A DNA stretch of 62,625 bases from Candidatus Dormiibacterota bacterium (lineage in GTDB: Bacteria > Chloroflexota > Dormibacteria > DASZGP01), in NCBI GenBank assembly GCA_049644325.1, contig JBARRR010000103.1, positions 1-62,625 on the forward strand, given 5' to 3'. Made by a program: the position numbers and the translations under genes. Shown in pieces: positions 8,754-18,501 of the stretch. The notes beneath the pieces are model-generated. The model was not told the origin of the DNA. It was given only the letters and a program-made list of their open reading frames with translations, and searched no databases. Numbering within the stretch: position 1 is the first letter of the stretch; the number at the start of each line of letters is the position of its first letter.

Positions 8754-9878
8754 ATGACCCCGTACCTTCAGGTGGTCGAGGGCGTGGCGGGGGCGGCGCT
8801 GCTGCTGATCGTCCTGGTTGACATCTTCAACGCCGTCATCGTGCCCCGCCCCACGGCACGAAGCACCTCGATCAGCCGGTATACGATTCGACCGATCTGG
8901 AGGCTCTGGCGGGCGGTCGGCAACCGCAGCACCTCCATCACCAAACGCGAGGCGATCCTCGGTATCTTCGCTCCGGCCGCCATCGTCATCCTGCTGGTGG
9001 TCTGGATCCTGCTCGAGATCCTCAGCTACGCATTACTGGTTCACGCGTTGCGCGCCGACTTTACCCCTCAGCCCCGCTTCTTCGGGGCGGTCTACGTAGC
9101 TGCGTCCTCCCTATTCGGGGTGGGCCAATCCGGCTACATCCCGTCCGGGCACGGCGGGCGCATGGTGGTGCCGGCGATCAATGCCACCGGGCTGGGCACC
9201 GTGGCGCTCGTGATCACCTTCCTCTTCAGCCTCTATGGCAGCTTCCAGAAACGTGAGGCTCTGGTGGTCACCCTTGACGCTCGCGCCGGCGCGCCGCCCT
9301 CAGGCGTGACGTTGCTCGAGACCCACGCCAAGTACCAGATGCTCGACCGGCTGCCCCAGCTGTTCCTGGACTGGGAGCGCTGGTCGGCCGAGGTCCTCGA
9401 CAGTCACCTGGCCTACCCCATCCTCACCTACTTCCGCTCGAGCCACGACAACGAGTCATGGATTTCGGCCCTGGGCGCCGTGCTCGACGCCACCGCGCTT
9501 CTCCTTGCCACCCACGACCACGTCCCGGTGGGATCGGCAAAGATGATGCACGCCATGGGCACCCACCTGGTCGAGGACCTGTCCTACCGCTTCGGGCTGG
9601 AAAACGACGGCAGTGTCATGGTCGAGCGCCAGGAATTCGAGGACGCACGACGCCGGCTGATGGCTGTTGGTCTTCCCATCCACGACGATGAAAGCGGCTG
9701 GGAGAGCTTCAGCCGGATGCGATCGCAGTACGCCTCCCGCCTCAACGCCATGGCCCAGCTCTGGGCCTCGCCCCCGGCGCAGTGGATCGGCGATCGGTCG
9801 TCGCTGCTCTTCCATGACCGGCACAGTCACCAGGAGGTGGCGCGGGAGAACCAGCCGGCGGAGCAGCCGGCGCCCTAA
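8754..9878 (+). CDS. Membrane protein with an ion-channel-like pore-loop region plus a ~200-aa soluble C-terminal domain (hypothetical)
   Basis: Several TM segments. A pore-loop-like ASSLFGVGQSGY lies between two helices. Starts 7 nt after the preceding gene, so they are probably an operon. Confidence 0.55.
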   Translation: MTPYLQVVEGVAGAALLLIVLVDIFNAVIVPRPTARSTSISRYTIRPIWRLWRAVGNRSTSITKREAILGIFAPAAIVILLVVWILLEILSYALLVHALRADFTPQPRFFGAVYVAASSLFGVGQSGYIPSGHGGRMVVPAINATGLGTVALVITFLFSLYGSFQKREALVVTLDARAGAPPSGVTLLETHAKYQMLDRLPQLFLDWERWSAEVLDSHLAYPILTYFRSSHDNESWISALGAVLDATALLLATHDHVPVGSAKMMHAMGTHLVEDLSYRFGLENDGSVMVERQEFEDARRRLMAVGLPIHDDESGWESFSRMRSQYASRLNAMAQLWASPPAQWIGDRSSLLFHDRHSHQEVARENQPAEQPAP

Positions 9879-9893
9879 GCCCCGATAGGGTGT

Positions 9894-10724
9894 TCAGGGC
9901 CGGCGGTCGCCCAGCGAAGCCCGCGCCGTCCGCTCTGGCAGCTTCATCCCCTCCGGCAGGGGGCCAAACACCTCCTTGAGGGCGGCCCCGCTGGTGAGCT
10001 CGCCGGTGTACATGCGGTAGAAGGCCTCCGCATATTCCATCGACCCCATGCCCCGGTCCATGGCCTCCAGCGCAGCGCGCCGGCTCTGCGTCCGGACCCA
10101 CTCCCCGACCCAGTCGCCGAGCTGGCTGGCGTGGGCCAGGAGGGCGTTCACCTTGACGTCGACGAAGTCGCTGACGTCGACGTAGAGATTGGGCTCGACC
10201 TGGTTCGCGCCTGAGACGTAGACCCAGGTCACAACCCATTTCTCCAGGCCCTCCTCCCGCAGCTCGGGCAGGGCCATCGGGTTGCGCGCGGTGGGATAGA
10301 TCGCCGCCAGCGTGGCCTCGCCGATGGCCAGGTGGTCCGGGTGGTTGCCCCCGATGGGTCCGAAGTTGCGCACCGGGTTGGCGGTGATGACCAGGTCGGG
10401 GCGGTACTGGCGTATGACGCGGGTGATGTCCCGGCGCAGATCCAGAGAGGGGGTGAGGTTGCCGTCGTCGTAGCCGAGGTTGACGATCTCCCTGATCCCG
10501 ATGAGGTCGGCGGCCGCCCGCTGCTCCTGGATGCGGACCGCGGCCAGCTCGGCCTCAGTGCGATCGCCCTCCCCGCCGCGGTTGCCCTGGGTGGCGACGA
10601 CCAGGGTCCACTCCACGCCGTCGGCGGCGAGCTTGGCGATCGTGCCGGCAGCGTTGAACTCGGCGTCGTCAGGATGGGCGTGAACGACCATGGCGCGATG
10701 GATCGGGAACTCGTCTTCCGGCAT
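9894..10724 (-). CDS. PIG-L (LmbE) family N-acetylglucosaminyl deacetylase
   Basis: Zinc-site motifs AHPDDAEF and GGNHPDH. Confidence 0.85.
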   Translation of the reverse strand: MPEDEFPIHRAMVVHAHPDDAEFNAAGTIAKLAADGVEWTLVVATQGNRGGEGDRTEAELAAVRIQEQRAAADLIGIREIVNLGYDDGNLTPSLDLRRDITRVIRQYRPDLVITANPVRNFGPIGGNHPDHLAIGEATLAAIYPTARNPMALPELREEGLEKWVVTWVYVSGANQVEPNLYVDVSDFVDVKVNALLAHASQLGDWVGEWVRTQSRRAALEAMDRGMGSMEYAEAFYRMYTGELTSGAALKEVFGPLPEGMKLPERTARASLGDRRP

Positions 10725-10793
10725 GTGGCCCTCGTGTCAGCGATCTGGCGTGGGGACGATTGTATCGACGCCCCTCCTTATGATTGGCGGAAC

Positions 10794-12176
10794 ATGGCCG
10801 AGTCGCCGGCGGAAGAGGTCGCCACCCTGCTGGCGCCCGATGAGCCGCACAGAAAACCCTCGCGTTTCATCGACTGGCTGGCACGGAACCCGTTGGTGCG
10901 TCGCCTGCCCAGTGCCCTGCGCTCGCCCTTTGCCCTGGACAACATGGTCTACTTCGTCGGCAACCTCTTCGCCGGGCTGGCGGGCTTCGCCTTCCAAGGG
11001 CTTCTGGCGCGGGCCCTGGGGCCCGACGGTTTCGCCGAGGTCGCCCCCCTGATCTCGCTCTTCTACGTGGTCCAGATCGCGCTCTTCATCTCGATGGCGG
11101 TCTCGGCCCGCTACACCGCCCCCCTTGCCGCCCAGGGAGAGAGCTCGCGGGTCAACCGCGCCTACATCGACTTCACCCTCTACGTAACGGTGATCGGCCT
11201 GGTGGGAATGCTGCTCTTCCTGCTGCTGGTGCCGTGGCTCAAGGCCTTCCTCAACCTGACCACCTACGGCCCCTTGATCGCGCTCTCCGGTACGGTGCCA
11301 CTGTGCTTGCTGGTGGGGGTCGCCCGGGGCGTGGTCCAGGGCGAGCAGCGCTTCCCGCCGCTGTCGCTCAACTTCATCGTCTACGGCGTCAGCACCCTGG
11401 CCTTCCTGCCACTACTGCTCCATTTCAACCTGCACGCGGTTGGCGCCATGGTGGCCATCAACACCGCGCTGGTGCTGTGCAACTTCTTCGCCGCGTGGAC
11501 CCTGCGCGACCTGCCCCACGCCGGGCACCACGAGCGACTCAACGTCTGGCCCCTGCTGCGCAGCGCCCTTGTGGCCAGCGCCGGCATCACCGCGATCACC
11601 CTCTTCTACAACTTCGACGTGCTCCTGGCCAAGCACTTCCTGCCCGCGTCCGACGCTGGCCTCTACTCGGCGATGTCACTCCTGGGAAAGATCATCTTCT
11701 TTGGCACCATCAGCATCTCGGCGGTCATGTTCCCCCGCGTCGCCGCGCTCCACGCCCAGGGCAAGAGCGTCCGGCGGACCGTCAACCTGTCGCTGGCGCT
11801 GGTGCTGGGGGCAGGCGGCCTGGTGTCGGCGTTTTACTTCATCTTCCCCAGCCTGACCATCACCCTCCTGCTCCGTCAGGCCGCCTACCAGGCGATCGCG
11901 CCCTACCTCGGCCTCTTCGGCCTGGCGATGCTGGGCCTGGCCCTGGCCAATGTCCTGGTCTACTACTTCGTGGCGGTGCACAAGCGCCGTTTCGTCTTTG
12001 GACTGGCGGTCGGCGCCCTGGCATTCGCCATCCTTCTCTCCAGCTTCCACGACACCCTGGGCCAGTTCACCGTCTCGGTCACGATCGCCATCGACCTGAT
12101 GGCGCTGGTCCTGCTGGCGATCTACACCCTGGACCGGCTCCCCAACACCCGGCCTGCGCGGGTCGCCGATGATTGA
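10794..12176 (+). CDS. Oligosaccharide/polysaccharide flippase family membrane protein (Wzx/MurJ-like)
   Basis: Polytopic protein with 12 or more hydrophobic segments. I trimmed the start to the ATG at 10794 (MAESPAEE...), because track ORF 10332..12176 overlaps the PIG-L gene antisense over its first 154 codons. Confidence 0.75.
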   Translation: MAESPAEEVATLLAPDEPHRKPSRFIDWLARNPLVRRLPSALRSPFALDNMVYFVGNLFAGLAGFAFQGLLARALGPDGFAEVAPLISLFYVVQIALFISMAVSARYTAPLAAQGESSRVNRAYIDFTLYVTVIGLVGMLLFLLLVPWLKAFLNLTTYGPLIALSGTVPLCLLVGVARGVVQGEQRFPPLSLNFIVYGVSTLAFLPLLLHFNLHAVGAMVAINTALVLCNFFAAWTLRDLPHAGHHERLNVWPLLRSALVASAGITAITLFYNFDVLLAKHFLPASDAGLYSAMSLLGKIIFFGTISISAVMFPRVAALHAQGKSVRRTVNLSLALVLGAGGLVSAFYFIFPSLTITLLLRQAAYQAIAPYLGLFGLAMLGLALANVLVYYFVAVHKRRFVFGLAVGALAFAILLSSFHDTLGQFTVSVTIAIDLMALVLLAIYTLDRLPNTRPARVADD

Positions 12177-12179
12177 GTC

Positions 12180-12767
12180 ATGAGTGCCCCGGCACATAAG
12201 TGGGAGGACAGCGCCGCCGACGCGGTCCACCAGCTCCTGACGGACCTTGGCGAAGACCCTGACCATGGCGACCTGGTCGAGACCCCCTCGCGGGTGGCCC
12301 GGTCACTGCGCTTCCTCACCCAGGGCTACGCCGAGGACCCGGTCAAGATCCTGCGGCAGGGCGTCATCGCCGCCGAGGTCGACGAGATGGTGCTGGTCAA
12401 GGACGTCGAGTTCTACTCACTCTGCCGTCACCACCTGCTGCCCTTCTATGGCCGCTGCCACGTCGCCTACATACCCAACGGCAAGGTGGTGGGACTCAGC
12501 AAGCTGGGCCGCGTCGTCGACGCCTTCAGCCGCCGCCTCCAGGTGCAGGAGCAGCTGACAAACCAGGTAGCCGCCGCCATCAACGAGGCGGTCGAGCCCA
12601 AGGGCGTGGGGGTGGTGATGGAGGCCTACCACCTGTGCATGATGATGCGGGGGGTTCAGAAGCAGGGCAGCCAGGCAGTGACCAGCTGCATGCTGGGCAG
12701 CTTCAAGAAGGATGCCCGCACCCGCTCGGAGTTCTTACAGCTGATTAAGGGAGGCGTCAATGCCTGA
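12180..12767 (+). CDS. folE: GTP cyclohydrolase I
   Basis: Conserved core [48 protein letters not shown]. Confidence 0.93.
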   Translation: MSAPAHKWEDSAADAVHQLLTDLGEDPDHGDLVETPSRVARSLRFLTQGYAEDPVKILRQGVIAAEVDEMVLVKDVEFYSLCRHHLLPFYGRCHVAYIPNGKVVGLSKLGRVVDAFSRRLQVQEQLTNQVAAAINEAVEPKGVGVVMEAYHLCMMMRGVQKQGSQAVTSCMLGSFKKDARTRSEFLQLIKGGVNA

Positions 12768-13233
12768 CAAGCCGGAGATGACGATCGACGAGTCCAAGAC
12801 CTACCGGGTGACCGTGGACTCCAGCAAGGGCCCGTTCGTGATGGACCTGCAGCCCTCGCTGGCGCCGAAGACGGTCAACAACTTCGTCCACCTCGCCAAC
12901 CAGGGGTACTACGACGGGCTGACGTTCCATCGCTACGTGCCCGAGTTCGTCATCCAGGGGGGCGACCCCACCGGCACCGGCGGCGGCGGCCCCGGCTACA
13001 AGTTCGAGGACGAGCCGGTGAAGGCCAGCTACCGCGAGGGCGCCGTGGCAATGGCCAACTCCGGCCCCAACACCAACGGCAGCCAGTTCTTCATCACCAA
13101 CACCGACTGCCAGAACAAGCTGGCGCCGAGCTACAACCTCTTCGGCTTCGTGGTCCAGGGCCAGGACGTGGTCAACAGCCTGCGCCAGGGCGACGTGATG
13201 AACAAGGTCAGCGTCGAGGAGCGCGAGGGCTAA
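12760..13233 (+). CDS. Peptidylprolyl isomerase (cyclophilin type)
   Basis: [30 protein letters not shown] and [10 protein letters not shown]. Confidence 0.93.
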   Translation: MPDKPEMTIDESKTYRVTVDSSKGPFVMDLQPSLAPKTVNNFVHLANQGYYDGLTFHRYVPEFVIQGGDPTGTGGGGPGYKFEDEPVKASYREGAVAMANSGPNTNGSQFFITNTDCQNKLAPSYNLFGFVVQGQDVVNSLRQGDVMNKVSVEEREG

Positions 13234-16200
13234 GCCCGGCGAACCAGCCGGCGGCGGCGCCGCGTGACGATGTAGGCCAGCGCCAGGCCGAGCCCGATCC
13301 AGACGCCGCCACCGGCGGTGGCACCGCTGTTGGGCAGGCCTTCGGCAACTACCGGGGTGGTGGTTGACGCGGTTGTCGGCTGCTGGGGCGTGATGCCCGA
13401 GCCCGATGGAATCGAAGCACAGTTGGCAGCGCCGTCCTTGACCTCGGCCAGCGGTGACCGGAGCCCCGCGCTGTTGCGCACCTGGAGGGCGACGTAGACG
13501 CAGGTGCCGAGGTTCTGCCCGGAGACGTTGATGACCGGGTCCTGGCCGGGAACGCCTGGGCTGGGCTGGGCCACCTCGGTGGCCTGATCGAAGTTCTGGG
13601 GGGTGATCGGGTTAGCGCTGACCCGGACGCTGGCGCTGACGGCATTGCCGCAGCGGAACTCGGCGCCCGACGCCGTCCATTCGGCGGTGAAGCCGCCATT
13701 GGCGCCATGGACCACGTTGCGCAGCCGCAGGTCGTTGATCGCCCCCGGCGGGCGGGTGATGTTGCCGTACGCCCCGCTGTTCCACTCATCGTGGTGGTTG
13801 CTCCACCACTGGTTATTGGCGCAGGCATCGCCGGGAACGTTCCAGCTGAAGAGGTAGCCCTCGTGGGTACCCACGACCAGGTTCAGTTTGCCGTTCCGAT
13901 CGAGGTCCGCCAGGGCCGGGGCCTGGTTGGCCCAGCCGCCGGTGAACTTCGGGAAGTTGGGGGCGTCCTGGCCGGCGATGTCGTACGCGTGGACCAGGTA
14001 CAGGCCGCTGCCGCTGATGACACTGGCCGACCCGAGAGTGCCACCCACCGGTGCTACCGCCGGCTCGACAAAGGCCTGGTAGTCCTCCATGGGTTGGGGG
14101 AACGCCGGGTACATTTGGCCCGTCAGGGGATTCCAGGCGGACAGGTCGTGGTCGAAGGGGAAGTTCTGTCCGACCAGGACGTCGTCGACCAGGGCGTTGG
14201 CGGTGATCCCGCCCTCGAAGATTCCCAGCCCAAGGCCGCTGCCTAGATCGCCTAAGGCGCCGTGACCGAGGGCGTTGAGGCTGACCGTCCCCGACGCCGG
14301 TGACACCCCGCTTGCGGCGCCGTGGTTGGGCGCCAGGCCTTCGTCTATGACGCCATTAGCCTTGACGATGTTCACCGGCCCCGTGAACAGGCTGAGGACG
14401 GCGCGGGGCCCGCTGCCGAAGTCGCCCAGGAGAGCCGGGACCGGCCCCACCGGCGCCAGCGCGTCCGGCGCCAACCCCACCGTGGCAACGGGCCAGCCAC
14501 TCAGGATGTGGCCGCCGCGGTCCAGCGCGTAGGTGCGGTTGGAGTTGCCCACCCCAAGCCCCTGGACGGCGTTGGCGATGAGGTTGGCGGGAATCGAGGT
14601 GGTGTTGCCGGTCATGGTGTTGAGCAGGGTGTTGAAGTCGGCCGTCTTGGCGGCATAGAACTCGGTGGTTGGCACCACGATCTGCTGGTGCCCATCCCCA
14701 AGCAGGTTGCCCACCGCCGGCGTGGACGTGATCTGGGCGAAGGACGTTGGGTTCTGAGATGTGTCGGCCAGCAGCTTGGGATGGCCGCTGTTGAAGCTCG
14801 GCAGGAACACCCCGTCCGGACGCCAGACATAAACGCGCTGGTCGAGCGCGCCGACGACAATGTCCAGCTGGCCGGGATGAGCGTCGTCCAGCCGTCCCAG
14901 GGCAGGTGAGGCACTCACACCCCGCTGCTGGTGGTTGTGCTTGTTCTCATTGCTGACGGGCACAAGGCTGGGATCGGGCATGACCGGGAAGCCGGGCAGC
15001 ATTGCACCGGTGGCATCGAGGGCATAGACGTGACCATCGAGGTCCACCGCCACGATCTCCTGGCGCCCGTCGCCCAGCAGGTCGCCGACGGCCGGAGTCG
15101 CCGTGAAGCTTGTATGTGGTAAGGGCAACCCGCCATGGGCCAGCCCTGGGGCGCTGGTATGGAGCGTCGCTGAGCTGCGCTGACTCAGGAACGGGTGGCC
15201 GCTGTTGAACCAGGGCACGTCGTGGCCGGCGGCGTCCAGGACGTGAAGCTCGCCGGCGTCGTTGGCCACGATCGACTCCATGTTCCCGTCGCCAAGCAGG
15301 TCGGTGAGATGAACCCCGGCGACGATGCCGCTACCAAAGTTGATGGGGAACCCGCCGTGGACGGTGGGGTCATGGTGGACATGAATGACCCGCCGGGTCT
15401 CACCATGCCGGCCGCAGCTGTCGTTGACGCTGAGGCGAAGCGTCACCGAGAACGCCTCTCGGTTCGCGGGCGCGCCCGACGCCTGCGGGACCGGCAGCGA
15501 CGAGGTGGCGATATTGGCCAGCGTGCCGGTCTCGGTGGAGCCGTTCATGGAGCGCGTCAGCAGGGTGGTGAACTGGTTTATAGGCGTGGTCGTGGGTTCG
15601 ATACCGGGGGCGGCCTCGACCTTGAAGGTCGCAGGCCCCGGGCAGCGCAGGTGGCCCAGGTAGCCGGTCAGCGGCAGGGATGGGGTGACGGTGGGGTCAA
15701 CCTGCTGCCACCAGTCCGGGGAGGTCAGCGAGACCTCGGGCGGAATCTTGACCGGCAGCGCCGGCCCGCTGGTCCCGCTGGGAGTGACGAAGTTGGCCGG
15801 CTGGCCCAGCCACTCCAGGGCTCGACCGGCGTTGATGCGCCCGTATCCGAAATACTGCGACCAGCTCCCGTCAAGCTGGGCGCTGGTCGCCCGCGGCGGT
15901 GATCCGCCCGGTGCCGGGGGATCGGGGAAGACGCTCAGCGGCGTGGGCAGGACCTCGGCCGTGGTCACCCCGTCGGCGGTCAGCTTCAGCAGCTGTTCCG
16001 CCTCCAGCGGGGTGATCGGCCGGTCGAGGAAGTGGTACGGCGCGTCGGCGAGCTCCCGCGAGTGAGCCACCAAGAGGGCGACGATTCCAGACGTCTGGGC
16101 ACTGGCCACCGAACCCGTGGTGGCGCCCTCCATTCCCACGTCGAGATGGTCCCCGGGAGCCGTCAGGTTGGACGAGCGGAAATATGTCTGGGGCTCGATC

Positions 16201-17402
16201 GCCTGGCCGTTCATCCCCAGCCCCTGGCTGTCGGGGACGATGCCGTTCACGGTCAGGACGTCGGGGTAGTTCTCGGGATAGAGGTGGTCCGCAGTGTTCA
16301 GGTCCTGCGTGATGCTCACCGGGACGACCCCATGGTCCACGGCATAGCGCGTGGCGGCCCGGGCGAATGGCGTGTTGTTGACCGCGGCGAACGCCAGCTC
16401 CATCACGGAAGCGCCCATGTCGGCGGCGTAGACCGCGGCCGCGCCATAGGCGTTCTCATCCATGATGAAAAAGCTGTGGGTGCGGATCGGTAGGAAGGTG
16501 CATTGGGGACACGAGCCCACCCCACCGACGCCGTTGTTGGCCTCGGCCACCGCGTCCTTCATCCTGCCGGTACCGTGGTTGTTGGCGGACGAGTACGAGC
16601 TGAGGTCGTGGGGATCGTTGTTGTCGTCCATGAAGTTCCAGCCGGCGATGTCATGGGCGTAACCGTTGCCGTCGTTATCGACCGCGGCACAGCCCGAGGG
16701 GTCGCCGTGCCAGGTGCCGCCACTCGTGCACCAGCTGGAAAACGTATGGATCAGGTCGGCTGCATTGATGAGGTTGCCGTCACTGTCGTTGGCGGGGTTG
16801 GCAGCATCCTCGGTCCAGTCGGGCTCCTTGAAGTCGACAACCCGGGGATCGCCAACATATGAGTCGACGTTGAAGTAGGACTGCCCATTGAGATAGCACG
16901 GCGGCGCCGGTCCTCTTACCGCGTACGTGGAGAGATCGACGTTGGCGCATGAGCTGCTGGTATCCGGGTGCTCCGGAGGGGGCAGCTCCGCCCAGTTGAG
17001 CCGGACCTGGCGACGAATGTCACGGTCCTCCCAACGTACACCGGTGTCGATGACGGCCACGGTCACGTCGGGCCGACCCAGGCTCAGCTGCCAGGCTTTG
17101 TCAATGCTGACGCCACTGACGGTCAGGTTGCCATTGCACGCTGGCCCGACAGGCGCGAAGCTGAACCAGCCGAACTGCTCGTCGTAGGGGCTGGCATTGC
17201 TGGGGCAATCAGCCGGGAACTTCTTGTTCTCGTGGGACGCATAGCCTGGATCGTTGGGCCGGTGGTCCCGCGGGTCTGTGCCCGGCGCACCCGGGTTGTA
17301 GGTGGCCGCGCTGGCCGTGGTCGGCACCGCGGACCAGAGAAAACCTAGGGCCAACACGACCGCCAGCCAGCGACGCCTCCCCGCCAGATACCGCGCTCTC
17401 AA
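13230..17402 (-). CDS. Secreted S8 (subtilisin-like) serine peptidase fused to FG-GAP/VCBS beta-propeller repeats, with a C-terminal LPxTG-like anchor
   Basis: Signal peptide (...AVPTTASAAT). Catalytic Asp VAVIDTGV, His NNHGTGR, and a Ser region TGSVASAQTSGIVALL. Five or more repeats of the type DLLGDG.QEIVAVD.DG.VYA. C-terminus LPNSG followed by a hydrophobic helix and [10 protein letters not shown]. Confidence 0.85.
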   Translation of the reverse strand: MRARYLAGRRRWLAVVLALGFLWSAVPTTASAATYNPGAPGTDPRDHRPNDPGYASHENKKFPADCPSNASPYDEQFGWFSFAPVGPACNGNLTVSGVSIDKAWQLSLGRPDVTVAVIDTGVRWEDRDIRRQVRLNWAELPPPEHPDTSSSCANVDLSTYAVRGPAPPCYLNGQSYFNVDSYVGDPRVVDFKEPDWTEDAANPANDSDGNLINAADLIHTFSSWCTSGGTWHGDPSGCAAVDNDGNGYAHDIAGWNFMDDNNDPHDLSSYSSANNHGTGRMKDAVAEANNGVGGVGSCPQCTFLPIRTHSFFIMDENAYGAAAVYAADMGASVMELAFAAVNNTPFARAATRYAVDHGVVPVSITQDLNTADHLYPENYPDVLTVNGIVPDSQGLGMNGQAIEPQTYFRSSNLTAPGDHLDVGMEGATTGSVASAQTSGIVALLVAHSRELADAPYHFLDRPITPLEAEQLLKLTADGVTTAEVLPTPLSVFPDPPAPGGSPPRATSAQLDGSWSQYFGYGRINAGRALEWLGQPANFVTPSGTSGPALPVKIPPEVSLTSPDWWQQVDPTVTPSLPLTGYLGHLRCPGPATFKVEAAPGIEPTTTPINQFTTLLTRSMNGSTETGTLANIATSSLPVPQASGAPANREAFSVTLRLSVNDSCGRHGETRRVIHVHHDPTVHGGFPINFGSGIVAGVHLTDLLGDGNMESIVANDAGELHVLDAAGHDVPWFNSGHPFLSQRSSATLHTSAPGLAHGGLPLPHTSFTATPAVGDLLGDGRQEIVAVDLDGHVYALDATGAMLPGFPVMPDPSLVPVSNENKHNHQQRGVSASPALGRLDDAHPGQLDIVVGALDQRVYVWRPDGVFLPSFNSGHPKLLADTSQNPTSFAQITSTPAVGNLLGDGHQQIVVPTTEFYAAKTADFNTLLNTMTGNTTSIPANLIANAVQGLGVGNSNRTYALDRGGHILSGWPVATVGLAPDALAPVGPVPALLGDFGSGPRAVLSLFTGPVNIVKANGVIDEGLAPNHGAASGVSPASGTVSLNALGHGALGDLGSGLGLGIFEGGITANALVDDVLVGQNFPFDHDLSAWNPLTGQMYPAFPQPMEDYQAFVEPAVAPVGGTLGSASVISGSGLYLVHAYDIAGQDAPNFPKFTGGWANQAPALADLDRNGKLNLVVGTHEGYLFSWNVPGDACANNQWWSNHHDEWNSGAYGNITRPPGAINDLRLRNVVHGANGGFTAEWTASGAEFRCGNAVSASVRVSANPITPQNFDQATEVAQPSPGVPGQDPVINVSGQNLGTCVYVALQVRNSAGLRSPLAEVKDGAANCASIPSGSGITPQQPTTASTTTPVVAEGLPNSGATAGGGVWIGLGLALAYIVTRRRRRLVRRA

Positions 17403-17449
17403 AACACCCCCCGCCTGCGAGTCCAGATGGACGCCGATTAGCGTACCAG

Positions 17450-18004
17450 CTACCCGGACTGGAGCCTCTGCAACGCGCCTTCGTAGGCCTCCCGGTCGGA
17501 CTCCGAAAACGTGCAGATGCTGACGTCGATCTGCTTCCCGGAGTGGCTCGCGGCAAGAGCATCCGCGACCTCGCCAACAGCGATAGCCGCGGCCTGCTGC
17601 ACGGGAAATCCGTAGGCGCCCGTCGATAGGGAGGGAAAGGCCAGGCTGCCGCAGTCGTGGTCGACCGCCTCGGCCAGCGCAGATCGCCAGGCGGACGCCA
17701 GCAACGCCTCAGCATCGCTGTCGACGCCCCACCTGGGCCCGACGGCGTGGATCACGTATCGCGCCGGTAATTCCCCAGCCGTGGTAGTGACGGCTCTGCC
17801 GGTGACGCAGCCGCGGGGGAAGCGCTCGCGGGTCTCGCGCATGATCGACGGGCCGCCGCGCCGGTGGACGGCGCCATCCACACCTCCACCACCGGCGAGG
17901 TGCGCATTGGCGGCGTTGACGATGGCGTCCACGTCCATCTCCGTGATGTCGCCCTGGACCACTCGCACCGTGCCGCCGGGCAACCGCAGCTCCACCACGG
18001 CCAT
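17450..18004 (-). CDS. Macro domain protein (O-acetyl-ADP-ribose deacetylase / ADP-ribose binding)
   Basis: VQGDITEMDVDAIVNAANAHLAGGGGVDGAVHRRGGP, and PSLSTGAYGFP. Confidence 0.88.
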   Translation of the reverse strand: MAVVELRLPGGTVRVVQGDITEMDVDAIVNAANAHLAGGGGVDGAVHRRGGPSIMRETRERFPRGCVTGRAVTTTAGELPARYVIHAVGPRWGVDSDAEALLASAWRSALAEAVDHDCGSLAFPSLSTGAYGFPVQQAAAIAVGEVADALAASHSGKQIDVSICTFSESDREAYEGALQRLQSG

Positions 18005-18012
18005 ATTCTGGC

Positions 18013-18498
18013 GTGCCGGTCGGGCAAGATATCGCGGTGACGATTCGGCTGGCGGTCATCGGCGACACCCAGGGGCGGTTTGAGGTGCCGGCCCTGATCG
18101 ACCGCTGCCAGCAGGTCTTCGAGGGCGTCGACGAGGTCTGGCACGCGGGCGATTGGCAGTACCCCGAGGTGCTCGACGGCCTCCAGCAGATCGCGCCGCT
18201 GACGGTCGTCAACGGCAATGCCCCCGACGACCCACGCTACCCTATGCAGGTCGTGCGCGAGATCGAGGGACTGAGGCTGGGCATGGTGCATAGGCCGCCG
18301 AGCCCCGGCGACCAGTGGGCCTCCGCCCTCGACATCTGCATCCACGGCCATACCCATCGATGGCGCGACGAGGTGGTCGGTGGGACCCGCTTCATCAACG
18401 TCTCCACCGCTACCGGTGCCTGGTTCAGCAAGGACCGCAGCGCCGCCATCCTGACCCTCACCGCCGGCGACGCCGAGCTCCAGCGCATCGAGCTCTAG
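18013..18498 (+). CDS. YfcE/MJ0936-type metallophosphoesterase
   Basis: Motifs VIGDTQG, WHAGDW and IHGHTH. The start may lie a few codons downstream. Confidence 0.8.
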   Translation: MPVGQDIAVTIRLAVIGDTQGRFEVPALIDRCQQVFEGVDEVWHAGDWQYPEVLDGLQQIAPLTVVNGNAPDDPRYPMQVVREIEGLRLGMVHRPPSPGDQWASALDICIHGHTHRWRDEVVGGTRFINVSTATGAWFSKDRSAAILTLTAGDAELQRIEL

Positions 18499-18501
18499 CC
18501 G

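Noticed and set aside
10332-10793. N-terminal 154 codons of track ORF 10332..12176
   Set aside because: They overlap the PIG-L deacetylase gene antisense. The membrane-protein sequence and a sensible intergenic gap begin at the ATG at 10794.
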